Shown here: positions 19,001-27,247 of the stretch, piece by piece
How the letters are laid out: each line of letters starts with the position of its first letter
Numbering within the stretch: position 1 is the stretch's first letter
DNA from: a virus
Length of the DNA stretch: 64,000 bases
Direction: 5' to 3' (one strand)
IMG/VR virus record: IMGVR_UViG_3300045988_087130
Span: 25,785 to 89,784 of that record
Notes under the pieces: model-generated
Told to the model about the DNA's origin: nothing
Seen by the model: the letters and a program-made list of their open reading frames with translations, nothing else
Databases searched by the model: none
Translations under genes and position numbers: made by a program

Positions 19001-22000
19001 TTTGCGCCTATTGATTCGTTCTTAGAAAAACAACATTACAATATCGCAACTATAGAGAATACTGACCATTCGATATTGGAGCATACGAGTAATCTTTCAA
19101 AATTAAAGATAAGTTATAAAAACGCAGAGGATGCGATAATGAAGGCGGCTGCTGAAAATGTAGATTGGAATAATACACAGGCTAGGTCACAATGGGTAGC
19201 TCAGCAAAATAAACAAAGCATAGATGCCTTAACTTCCTCAACAGACCAGCTTATTTCTATATGGAATCAGGAATATGGATTAAATTTGAAAATCCATTAT
19301 GATGATACAGAAATTCCAAGTTGGATGAAATCTTTAACGGATAAGCAGTTGCAATCTTTGATTAATAGACGTAAGGCAGATTTAAATAGGCAAGAGCAAT
19401 ACCGAACTAATCATAAAGGAAGTAAATTGCTGACAAAGCAAGGAAATCAGCTAAGAGACGAAAATGCCAATAGGCTTGATGTCGCTATGGCTGGTTCTAT
19501 TCTGAAAGATAGAGAGGCGAAAAGAAAAGCCGATGCAAATAAGCCGAAGGAAACGACAAAGAAAGCTACACCTAAGAAAACAGGTGCAACGGATGACCCA
19601 CAAGCAAGAGCGTATGAACGCAAGAAGGCTGAGGAAGACTATTCCAAGTCTATTTCATCCTATTCGGAGAAAGCCAGTGATGAGTTGTCAAAGCGAAGAA
19701 CGGAATTGATTAAGAATGAGACCGAAAAGGAGATTGCTCAAATTAATATGTCTTCAGACAAGGAGAAAAAGGCTATAGAGGATTCGATTGACAAACTCGT
19801 TGAGGCTAAGAAGAAGAAAGACCAGATCGTTTGGGTAAATTCGGGAAAAGGTCGTAAAGCCAACATGTGGAAACAGGGTAAGTCCGATGCGGAATACCGC
19901 AAAGAGGTATTGGGCACACAAATGGTTGACGACAAGGGTAATCATCTTGGGAAGACCATTGGGCAGAACTCAGAAGACCAAATTGCCTTGATTGAGAAAC
20001 AGAGGCAATTAAAGCTGAAGGAAATCCAGCAAGCAGAGATTAAGGACATGTTGGATTTCATGAAGCAATACGGCAGCTTAGAACAACAACGTTATGCTAT
20101 TCTGAAAGAATACACGGACAAGATAGACCTTGCTAGAGAGAAAGGTGATACTTTTGGCGCAGCGAGTGCGGAAATGGAGATGAACGACCAGTTGAAGAAG
20201 TTGAATTTTACGGATTTCAAAGATTCAATCAATTGGGATGTTGTCTTTCAGGATATGAACCGATTGAGTATTCCTTATCTTGAAGACCTTCGCAAGAAGA
20301 TGAAGGAGTTGCTTGGTTCGGGTACGTTGGAAATTGATGATATGAAAACCGTATCTGACCAAATCTACAAGATTGATGATGCGATTTCCGAGCAGAAGGA
20401 TAGATGGGGATTGGTTAATGATGCAGTCCGTGAACATCGTAGGCTTATTGATGAGGCGAAGGATGCGCAAGACCGATTGGCACAAGCTAGAAAGGTGGAG
20501 TTTGATGTCAAGGCTGACAACATGAGCCAAAGGAGAAAAATCCAAGGTGTGTTTGCGGAAAGTGGGATTAATATAGATACCAGTAATATTACTTCTGCCA
20601 ATAAGGACAAACTAATGGGTTCTACCAAGAATCTCAGTGTAAGCCAAACGGAGAAGTTACGTAAGCTTTTTGATGATTTGGCGGTTTCAGAGGTTAAGGT
20701 TGGAAAGGCAACAAAGGAAGTCGGAAAGGCGCAGGAAGAAGCCAAGGTAAAGCAGGATGCCGCAAAGAAGAGCTTGCACGATACTATCGAGGAATGGGCT
20801 GAGGGTTTGAGTAAAATCCAAGAGAAATTGAAAGACCTTCCTGGGTTAGTCGATGCTTTGGGTCTCGGAAACACAGGCTTTGGTAAAGCTGTGAATAACG
20901 GAATGGATGCATTGAACAGTGGAACACAAGCCTTTTCTGATTTTGCAAGCGGAAACTACATAGGTGCGGCTATGAATGGAATAAAAACCATTGGCTCGTT
21001 GGGCAAGATGTTCGGTATTGGTGGAGGTAATGGTGCAGAAGTTGCGAAGAAAACAGAAGAGCTGACCGAGAGCAATGATAGATTAATGTATTCCATTGAT
21101 AAGTTAAAAGAGTCTATTGACAAATCTTCCGGTTATACAGCCGTTAGCAACTATAATGCAGCTTACGATGCTCAAAAGCAGGTTAATACCCAAACGATGG
21201 ATATTCTCAAAACACAGATGGGGTATCATGGGGCACACCATTCAAATGCTTCTTATTGGAATCTTTCTGCACAAGATTATGCGGCAATCAATAAGACTTT
21301 GGCTGAGCAAAGTAAGATAAGGGGTGGTTATACTAATTCTTCGATAAACAAGGTCAATTCCTTGGAGGATATATACAAGCTCACTCCAGAGCAGATGGCT
21401 GACATTCGTACACATAATGCGGATGTATGGAAGAACATGACAGACCAAGGCAAGTATGATAAGACGGAATATTGGGAGCAATATACAGAACTGGCGGGAA
21501 AACTAGAGGAGTTGACGGAGCAAATCAATGAGAATTTGACTCAAACAACCTTTGATTCGATGAAGAGTGACTTCATAAACAATCTTATGGATATGAGCAA
21601 GTCTGCAAAGGATTTTTCTAATGACTTCACTACAATGCTCAACCAGTCGATGCTTAACTTCGCTTTGGGAGACCTTATGAATAAAAAGCTTAAGCCTCTT
21701 TATGATAGCTGGGCAAACAAGATGAAGGAGAATGGAGGAAGGCAGCTCACGCCAACCGAATTGAATAATCTTAAAGAAGAGTATGATAAGATAGTTCAAG
21801 AGGGTTTGGCTATTCGTGATAATATTGCTGATATTACGGGTTACAAGCAATCTTACGAGCAGTCCGCTTCTTCCGGTTCTTTTGAATCAATGAGCCAAGA
21901 TACAGGAGAAGAGTTGAATGGTCGTTTCACAGCGGTACAAATTGCTACAGAGGGAACGTATGAGGAAACAAAGCTCATAAATACCAAGTTGGATGCTATT

Positions 22001-22228
22001 GCGGCTCGTGATGGTGGCACAGAGGGTAGCTTACTAACAGCTAGCGTGAATACTATTATGGGTAATGTGGGTAACATTTGGTTAGCCGTTGATGAGGATA
22101 GGACTATCCTTGCACAAAGCTTGATGTACTTGCAGTCGATTGATGAGCGACAAGAGCGATGGCATAAGCCTATGCTGCAAGCATTCAATGATATTCACGA
22201 ATTAAAAGACAAGATGAGCAGATTGTAA
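16100..22228 (+). CDS. tail tape measure protein
   Basis: 2042-aa ORF, long coiled-coil-prone Q/E/K/A-rich stretches, by far the largest gene; the internal minus-strand ORFs are spurious. Confidence 0.75.
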   Translation: MAELRFDVKANFEQVTKLRSECEKLRAELLKTNKSTDPAIVADLTEKYADASNRLKDLTQAASRAAYVMSSEFNKRMQSASKEVYSYELQMQATKDRIEKIQQQITNKRLTLGVTTDKSSIDSLQKNIDYLKGSLAGQTAQLKNLEGGAVGARQTLENMRNEYVLYAGSANPAKDATNMLTDSMNQMIERMKSAPTAGEGMSSLFQRVTGDAHMLSAALLGGLGFEQLASSIFNTRSQFQQLEISFNTMLGSADKSKQLMDELIATAAKTPFDMSSITSGAKQLLAYGTEAKDVNKTLVQLGDIASGLNIPLGDLVYLYGTTLAQGKVFTMDLRQFMGRGVPLAEELGKILHQNTTEVQESVSKGKVTSDIFKEAIANMTQAGSRFGGLMEQQSKTLEGQWSNIGDSIQQAFNEIGKKSEGVFSSGLSIISAMVENWQEVIKVIGVAVVAVGSYRASLMAAASIRKAEEAQQADDMMKGIDAEIKRLQDLENSNYKSLGKDKKQERVNKQQDLASVVGDTTVSDDFVKARLDAAEQEGIITAQMRSQLEMKRELLQAQQQATAQSQIELDEEKRKTEELRQQKIESLKDDLKTTTEKISNLDDRDVELARQYTAALNDLQDAQDAFAEAQKLVEETADGANLAFDAEGNAVNALEAKERLATAAKKVNTAQTNVSTIASQQRGTALIREQLQERQATLQTKLNSVSQATNTTTKKASTLATAASTVKNAIHTASVKIMTTAELMLSNAVKSTTMALKGMWAAMLANPITGIITLVTTLASAVAMFGGEEEDISIDTKHFGDSAENTRAKVDGLLNVMRSSKEGTDAYNKAKEELIQTYEQFGIKCDAEKDNLTTLKGKHDEFVATLQLENAEREKANALMSATSQYTEARNKEDDNFSKDLSGHWYQGGQHVDKEDITSIQMMYNSIATDEVLDRLAKLKQRVDDSTLSYKEHIDAFNIYTNAVKKTFAPIDSFLEKQHYNIATIENTDHSILEHTSNLSKLKISYKNAEDAIMKAAAENVDWNNTQARSQWVAQQNKQSIDALTSSTDQLISIWNQEYGLNLKIHYDDTEIPSWMKSLTDKQLQSLINRRKADLNRQEQYRTNHKGSKLLTKQGNQLRDENANRLDVAMAGSILKDREAKRKADANKPKETTKKATPKKTGATDDPQARAYERKKAEEDYSKSISSYSEKASDELSKRRTELIKNETEKEIAQINMSSDKEKKAIEDSIDKLVEAKKKKDQIVWVNSGKGRKANMWKQGKSDAEYRKEVLGTQMVDDKGNHLGKTIGQNSEDQIALIEKQRQLKLKEIQQAEIKDMLDFMKQYGSLEQQRYAILKEYTDKIDLAREKGDTFGAASAEMEMNDQLKKLNFTDFKDSINWDVVFQDMNRLSIPYLEDLRKKMKELLGSGTLEIDDMKTVSDQIYKIDDAISEQKDRWGLVNDAVREHRRLIDEAKDAQDRLAQARKVEFDVKADNMSQRRKIQGVFAESGINIDTSNITSANKDKLMGSTKNLSVSQTEKLRKLFDDLAVSEVKVGKATKEVGKAQEEAKVKQDAAKKSLHDTIEEWAEGLSKIQEKLKDLPGLVDALGLGNTGFGKAVNNGMDALNSGTQAFSDFASGNYIGAAMNGIKTIGSLGKMFGIGGGNGAEVAKKTEELTESNDRLMYSIDKLKESIDKSSGYTAVSNYNAAYDAQKQVNTQTMDILKTQMGYHGAHHSNASYWNLSAQDYAAINKTLAEQSKIRGGYTNSSINKVNSLEDIYKLTPEQMADIRTHNADVWKNMTDQGKYDKTEYWEQYTELAGKLEELTEQINENLTQTTFDSMKSDFINNLMDMSKSAKDFSNDFTTMLNQSMLNFALGDLMNKKLKPLYDSWANKMKENGGRQLTPTELNNLKEEYDKIVQEGLAIRDNIADITGYKQSYEQSASSGSFESMSQDTGEELNGRFTAVQIATEGTYEETKLINTKLDAIAARDGGTEGSLLTASVNTIMGNVGNIWLAVDEDRTILAQSLMYLQSIDERQERWHKPMLQAFNDIHELKDKMSRL

Positions 22229-22300
22229 AAGCTATAAAGGGTGTCATATTACGTGATACCCTTTATATCCTTAAATAAATATAAAAGTTTAATATGAATA

Positions 22301-22331
22301 TTTGATTATTAAACTAAATGTTGTATATTTG
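22301..22331 (+). promoter_or_regulatory. sigma-A-type promoter (TTTG-N19-TAtaTTTG)
   Basis: TTTG 22301, TAtaTTTG 22324; 25 nt before ATG 22356. Confidence 0.4.
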
Positions 22332-22355
22332 CAAGCGTAATTAAACTTTTATATT

Positions 22356-23408
22356 ATGAACAGAATAAAGGAAATTTTACAAGAGATAGGAATGTCTCAA
22401 AAAACGTTGGCTGAAAAGATAGGCATGACGGAGGTCGGTGTTAGCAAGATTGTTAATGGCACTTCAACAAAGGAGACCATGAAGAAAATAGCCAATATCC
22501 TAGGTGTTAAGGTCGAAGACCTGTACTATAAAGATAATATGGTTAAATATCGTGGAGAACTTGACTTGAATGGCACCAAGATACCTTGTTATGTTTTGGG
22601 CAACGGAACTAGGGTAATATCTGGTCGTGGAATGCAAGAAGCATTAAAGATGGTAGATACGGAAGATGGTAAGCAAACTGCCGGGACCAGATTAGTGAGA
22701 TATTTAAATCAAAAATCTCTTAACCCTTTTATTTCCAAATACATAGAAATGGACCACTTGTCACCTTTGGTGTGTAACGATAATGGAAAGGTTCTTCATG
22801 GTTATAAGGCAACCGCTTTGGCGGACATCTGTGATGCTTTTTTGGAGGCACGCAAGAACATTCCGTTATCACCTAGACAAGAGATTATAGCCGAGCAATG
22901 CGAAATCCTCATGCGTGCATTCGCTAGGGTTGGTATCATCGCATTGGTAGATGAGGCAACAGGCTTTGATAAGGAAAAGAGCGAGGTTAAGGACAAGCTG
23001 CAAACGTTCTTTAATCAATTCCTCTTAGAGGAGGCTGCGAAGTGGGTTAAGGTGTTCCCCGACCAATTCTTTATGGACATATACAAGATGAGGGGCTGGA
23101 CGTGGCATGAGTCGAGGAATATGCCTGGTGTTATGGGCAATTGGATAAGAGATATTGTCTATGAGCGCATAGCGCCAATTATGGAGGAACTTGACAAGAG
23201 AAATCCAAAGAATGAGCATGGAAACCGTACAAAGAGATTTCATCAGTTCATTAACCAAGAGAAGGGAATACCAAAACTGAAGGAGTATCTCTCTTCCATT
23301 CATGCTTTGGTTGTGGTGTCAGATTATGATTGGGCAAAGTTTATGGATAATCTGAACAAAGTATATCCTAGAACCGACATTGAGTTGTTCTTGGCTTTCG
23401 ATGCATAA
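22356..23408 (+). CDS. XRE-family HTH protein with a large C-terminal domain
   Basis: N-terminal MSQKTLAEKIGMTEVGVSKIVNG HTH; 350 aa; C-terminal domain not recognised. Confidence 0.55.
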   Translation: MNRIKEILQEIGMSQKTLAEKIGMTEVGVSKIVNGTSTKETMKKIANILGVKVEDLYYKDNMVKYRGELDLNGTKIPCYVLGNGTRVISGRGMQEALKMVDTEDGKQTAGTRLVRYLNQKSLNPFISKYIEMDHLSPLVCNDNGKVLHGYKATALADICDAFLEARKNIPLSPRQEIIAEQCEILMRAFARVGIIALVDEATGFDKEKSEVKDKLQTFFNQFLLEEAAKWVKVFPDQFFMDIYKMRGWTWHESRNMPGVMGNWIRDIVYERIAPIMEELDKRNPKNEHGNRTKRFHQFINQEKGIPKLKEYLSSIHALVVVSDYDWAKFMDNLNKVYPRTDIELFLAFDA

Positions 23409-23414
23409 AACAAA

Positions 23415-23450
23415 GAAGAGGAACGTATGATGCGTTCCTCTTTCTTTTTA
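23415..23450. terminator. bidirectional rho-independent terminator between convergent genes
   Basis: AAGAGGAACG-TATGAT-GCGTTCCTCTT flanked by A-run upstream and TTTCTTTTTA downstream. Confidence 0.6.
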
Positions 23451-23921
23451 TAGTTTCTTTTCTTCCAGTAATTCGTCAACTCTCGCTTGAAATGCCAGCT
23501 CTGTCTCTGAAAGGCTGTAGCCAGAGTAGGAATAGCTTGTCCCGATGATGTGGCCATCAAACCTTCCAGTATTGTCATCCTTTGTGAAAGTGCCTTTGTA
23601 ACCCTTGTATTGGAATACTATTTCCTTATTATCCTCCTGCTTGTCCTTGTCGTAAGACTTAGCTATCTTAATCAGGTAACAGAAGCCGAACATGAATAGG
23701 CAAGAGATAAAGGAAGAGATTGAGAATCCAACCATTGCCCATCCTATCGCCTTCGTCTCCTGCTCTCCAAAGAAGCCCATCATCAAGCCGATGGCAAACA
23801 ATAATATAGTTAACCATAGTGCTACTGTACTAATTAACGAGAGAACACGGAATACCGCTGTACCTCTCAAATTGAAAAAATCATTCATAGCCGTAAAAGT
23901 TTTAATTATTAATACTTGCAA
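23448..23921 (-). CDS. small membrane protein (possible superinfection-exclusion-type function)
   Basis: Minus-strand 157-aa ORF with two hydrophobic helices; sits directly downstream of the minus-strand repressor. Confidence 0.45.
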   Translation of the reverse strand: MQVLIIKTFTAMNDFFNLRGTAVFRVLSLISTVALWLTILLFAIGLMMGFFGEQETKAIGWAMVGFSISSFISCLFMFGFCYLIKIAKSYDKDKQEDNKEIVFQYKGYKGTFTKDDNTGRFDGHIIGTSYSYSGYSLSETELAFQARVDELLEEKKL

Positions 23922-23936
23922 GGAATGTTCCTTACG

Positions 23937-24239
23937 TTACTTAACACTTTCCAACTTGTCCAGCACGTCCCTAGCCTCAGCAATGGACGATGCGGAATAC
24001 AACTCACCACCTTGTTTTATTAGGGCGATGAAATCACCCATAGCATCTACTTTGTTCTGCTTATCAAACAATTCTGCTACAGGACAGCCTATAGCGTTTG
24101 CTATTTTTTCGATAGTTGATATACGCAAGTCGTTTTTCTCGCTAAGTAAACGAGAAACCGAAACTCTATTCATACCCATCCGGTCTGCTAAGTCTTGTTG
24201 CGTTACACCATATTTATTAAGAACATCTTTAAATCTCAT
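23937..24239 (-). CDS. CI-like XRE-family repressor
   Basis: Minus strand; N-terminal GVTQQDLADRMGMNRVSVSRLLSEKN HTH; divergent from the rightward genes across an operator-rich intergenic region. Confidence 0.65.
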   Translation of the reverse strand: MRFKDVLNKYGVTQQDLADRMGMNRVSVSRLLSEKNDLRISTIEKIANAIGCPVAELFDKQNKVDAMGDFIALIKQGGELYSASSIAEARDVLDKLESVK

Positions 24240-24440
24240 AATATGTAATACGTTACATTGATATTTTCTTGCAAAGATAAGAATAATATTTGAAATGTAG
24301 CATATATACGTAAAAGTATTAACGAAGTTTAAAGAATAGTACGTTACAAATGAATATCTGTTAATTAACCTAAATACGTTACACTTTCTTTCTAAAATAT
24401 TTTGTAGTGTAACGTAAATATGTTACCTTTGCATTGTGAT
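24240..24440. promoter_or_regulatory. divergent promoter/operator region (ACGTTACA operator repeats)
   Basis: ATACGTTACA 24248, GTACGTTACAAA 24339, ATACGTTACAC 24374, inverted GTGTAACGTAAATA 24407; rightward TTTG 24401/TAccTTTG 24424; leftward -7 CAAAgaTA 24272. Confidence 0.55.
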
Positions 24441-24522
24441 TAAAAAACAAAGGTCACAATAACATTATTAATTTAGCTGAGGTTGCACCTCCGAGTCGGC
24501 ACTCGTAAAACGGTATAGCAAT

Positions 24523-24705
24523 ATGACTACTTCAATGCTAAGAAGAAACTTGATTCAGAAGTTCGTTATGATAGAGTTCGTAAGCAACAGGATAAACACC
24601 CAAAAGGACGTTGATAGAATGTTGAATATGATAACAATAAAGCTCAATATGAACAACGATGAGGCTAAGAGCTTCTTGCGTGAGAGCATCGGACTTGCAA
24701 AGTAA
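24523..24705 (+). CDS. hypothetical protein (first rightward gene of the switch)
   Basis: 60-aa ORF after an 80-nt hairpin-rich leader. Confidence 0.35.
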   Translation: MTTSMLRRNLIQKFVMIEFVSNRINTQKDVDRMLNMITIKLNMNNDEAKSFLRESIGLAK

Positions 24706-24739
24706 GTAATTTAAGTTTAATGTTTAAAATTGAAAGATT

Positions 24740-25075
24740 ATGGCTACTACATTTAAGAATATGATGAGAGAAGTGATGAATATGGCACACAGAGCCTTTC
24801 AGCTTAAAGGTGCTTATATGAGTTGGGCAGAATGCTTGAAGCAAGCTTGGCAGGTTATCAAGCTGAAGGCTCGCATGAAGAAGCAGGTCGTTGAGTTCTA
24901 CTTTCAGAAAATGAATGGTGAGATTCGTCAGGCTTTCGGCACTTTGATGGAGAGTCATATTGACTACACTCCAAACGGCAAGGGTTACGCTTGCAAGGAC
25001 TGCACAAAGTATTGGGATGAAGTCAAGGGAGAGTGGAGACAATTCAAGAACTACAACTTGATTAGAGTTGCTTAA
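24740..25075 (+). CDS. hypothetical protein
   Basis: 111-aa ORF. Confidence 0.45.
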   Translation: MATTFKNMMREVMNMAHRAFQLKGAYMSWAECLKQAWQVIKLKARMKKQVVEFYFQKMNGEIRQAFGTLMESHIDYTPNGKGYACKDCTKYWDEVKGEWRQFKNYNLIRVA

Positions 25076-25108
25076 CAAGGTTATTAACGATTTAAAAAGA
25101 AACTAGAT

Positions 25109-25408
25109 ATGAGCGCAAAGATTATCGTGATGCAAGGCAACATGGTTGCAACCATCGAAGAGACGAACAAGGACACATTTCTCAAGCGTGGAGAGTATAA
25201 AGAGACCGATCTGGACAGACATAAGCGTGAGGTCGATTTCTTGATTACAAGCATCGCTAACCGCTACGAAGTGACATTCAATCACAAGGTAGAGCTGAAG
25301 GAAAGCCGAAGCATCAAGAAAAGCGAATATTTCGATAACATTTACTACGTTACCGAGAATGCATTGAAAAAGCTGAAAAAGCAATACTCATACGAGTGTG
25401 ATTTGTAA
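25109..25408 (+). CDS. hypothetical protein
   Basis: 99-aa ORF. Confidence 0.45.
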   Translation: MSAKIIVMQGNMVATIEETNKDTFLKRGEYKETDLDRHKREVDFLITSIANRYEVTFNHKVELKESRSIKKSEYFDNIYYVTENALKKLKKQYSYECDL

Positions 25409-25416
25409 TAGATTTC

Positions 25417-25439
25417 GTGAGGCACACACTAAACTGCAC
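25417..25439 (+). promoter_or_regulatory. GTGAGGCACACAC..AAACTGCAC element
   Basis: Exact motif 30 nt upstream of ATG 25470. Confidence 0.4.
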
Positions 25440-25469
25440 CGGACTTTGGACATTAAATATTTAAGAGAT

Positions 25470-25768
25470 ATGGATAAGAATTTGATGAATGCTCTTTACG
25501 TTGAGCATGATGGCAAGATTGGCGTTTTAAGCTCAGATGAGCACAAGGTGGTATCACAGGTTATCGGTACGGATTTGACGCTTGTGTACGACAAGAAAGA
25601 GAGTAATACGTACCTTTTATACCATTGACCCAAGCCCACAAGTTCGAGTGCAAGGGTAGCCACATCATTGTGGATGGCAAGCGGTTCGATTCGGACATCT
25701 TTTTTAGAAAGAATGGTTGCCAATGGATTCAGATGCAATCAAAAGAAATGCTATCAATGGTAGCGTAA
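25470..25768 (+). pseudogene. frameshifted paralog of 10649-10945
   Basis: Reads MDKNLMNALYVEHDGKIGVL... in-frame to 25628 (TYLLYH*), then continues in the -1 frame as ...IPLTQAHKFECKGSHIIVDGKRF...; the shift sits at T4 run 25615-18, and one extra T restores the full-length protein. Confidence 0.5.
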
Positions 25769-25778
25769 CAATATATAA

Positions 25779-25805
25779 GGTGAGGCACACCCGAACAACT
25801 GCACA
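25779..25805 (+). promoter_or_regulatory. GGTGAGGCACACC..AACAACTGCAC element
   Basis: Exact motif 10 nt after the 25768 stop. Confidence 0.4.
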
Positions 25806-25955
25806 TTATCTTTGATGTTTAACAATTAAATTCCGTGAATAATGGAAAGAAGAAGTAATGTGCAGCAATGTGCCACGATAGCTGGTCGTGCTGACGAGGA
25901 CAGAAGTCCTCCAAAGCAAAACAAACGTTAATGTTTTAAATTAAACGCTAAAGCG

Positions 25956-25987
25956 TTTGCAAGTTAAAGAAAATAGCATTAACTTTG
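25956..25987 (+). promoter_or_regulatory. sigma-A-type promoter (TTTG-N20-TAacTTTG)
   Basis: TTTG 25956, TAacTTTG 25980; begins a roughly 300-nt structured leader. Confidence 0.4.
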
Positions 25988-26289
25988 CAGCCGAAATAAC
26001 AAGGTTGTGAAGTAAGGCGCACGACTGACTGATATTTGAATAATTTTACAAAATAAATATTTTCATTTGCTCCAAGCGTGGAGCATCGTCATTCCGTTCA
26101 TCGCCTTACATAAGTGGACGGTTGACACAAGCCCTGTCCGCACTCGTGACTTTAGCGGATGGGGCTTTTCGTTTCCACCACAGCCAAATGTAATTATTAA
26201 CAATTTAAATTTGGAGTTACTATGACAGAAAATGTAAACCGAATGATGGGGAATCCGCCAGTGTTCCCATCGGGTATTGTGAAACTGGT

Positions 26290-27060
26290 ATGACAGGTGA
26301 TGGAGAAGAAAGAATCACCTCGTTGGAAATTGCTGAAATGGCAAACAAACGACATTCCGATGTTATGCGCTCTATCCGAAATATGGAGAAAGCATGGCTT
26401 CAAGTTAACGGACGCAATTTTGCGCTCGTTGATTATCAAGACCAAAAAGGAGAACATAGACCATGTTATTCTCTTACAAAGAAAGAAAGCCTTTATATTG
26501 CTACCAAGTTTGATGATGTAATGCGTGCAAAGCTCATCAATCGTTGGGAGGAGTTGGAAATTAAGCATCGTGAGCAGGTGCAATCCGAGCAAATGAAGCC
26601 TCAGCAAAGTTTCTTGCAAGACAAGTTGACGGTTGCCAATTGGGTAATGGACTCGTTGCGATATAGTGATGCCGCACGATTGCAGTTGGTGAGTCAGATA
26701 GCAGAACCTTATGGTGTTCCGGTTCCCGATTACGTCCACGCTCCGAATGGTGCTTCGCACGCAGTCAGTGAATTATTGAAAGAACGTGGTGTTGAGTTAT
26801 CAGCCATCAAGTTCAATAAGCTGGCATTGGCTGCTGGCTTATTGGAAGAGAAGACCCGAAAGGGTACGCACGGCAAGGTTCACAAGTACTATTCCGTCAC
26901 AGAGAAAGGATTGGAGTATGCTTTGAATGACATCTACAAGGATGTGCCTGGACAAACCATTCCAAAGTGGTATGACAACAAGTTTGGGGAGGTGTTGGAA
27001 ATCATCGGTTACAAGCCATCTAGTCAAGGAGATATGTTTGCAAGCGGTGAGACACACTAG
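26290..27060 (+). CDS. Rha-family phage regulatory protein
   Basis: N-terminal ITSLEIAEMANKRHSDVMRSIRNM fits the Phage_pRha signature; C-terminus ...QGDMFASGETH parallels that of 11061-12041; a 23-codon uORF (26222-26293) overlaps the start. Confidence 0.65.
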   Translation: MTGDGEERITSLEIAEMANKRHSDVMRSIRNMEKAWLQVNGRNFALVDYQDQKGEHRPCYSLTKKESLYIATKFDDVMRAKLINRWEELEIKHREQVQSEQMKPQQSFLQDKLTVANWVMDSLRYSDAARLQLVSQIAEPYGVPVPDYVHAPNGASHAVSELLKERGVELSAIKFNKLALAAGLLEEKTRKGTHGKVHKYYSVTEKGLEYALNDIYKDVPGQTIPKWYDNKFGEVLEIIGYKPSSQGDMFASGETH

Positions 27061-27070
27061 AACAACTGTA
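27046..27070 (+). promoter_or_regulatory. GGTGAGACACAC..AACAACTGT element overlapping the Rha stop codon
   Basis: Exact motif; encodes C-terminal GETH. Confidence 0.4.
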
Positions 27071-27188
27071 GTAATATTGATATATAATCGAGAAGGAGGG
27101 GAATGCGTGATGCACTCTCCTCTTTTTTTATGGTGAAAGTTTTTGTTTTTCACAATATAGATAAGTGTTGTTAAACTGAGTGCTAATT

Positions 27189-27220
27189 TTTGGTAGAGTG
27201 GAATATAATAGTTATCTTTG
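27189..27220 (+). promoter_or_regulatory. sigma-A-type promoter (TTTG-N20-TAtcTTTG)
   Basis: TTTG 27189, TAtcTTTG 27213. Confidence 0.45.
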
Positions 27221-27247
27221 TGGTCGAATTTCAAAACTTATAAGGAC

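Noticed and set aside
16443-22188. About fifteen minus-strand and alternative-frame ORFs inside the tape-measure gene (e.g. 18217-18516, 20365-20874, 21503-21850, 21853-22188)
   Set aside because: They sit entirely within a 6-kb plus-strand gene with consistent coding character and give low-complexity translations; these are shadow ORFs.
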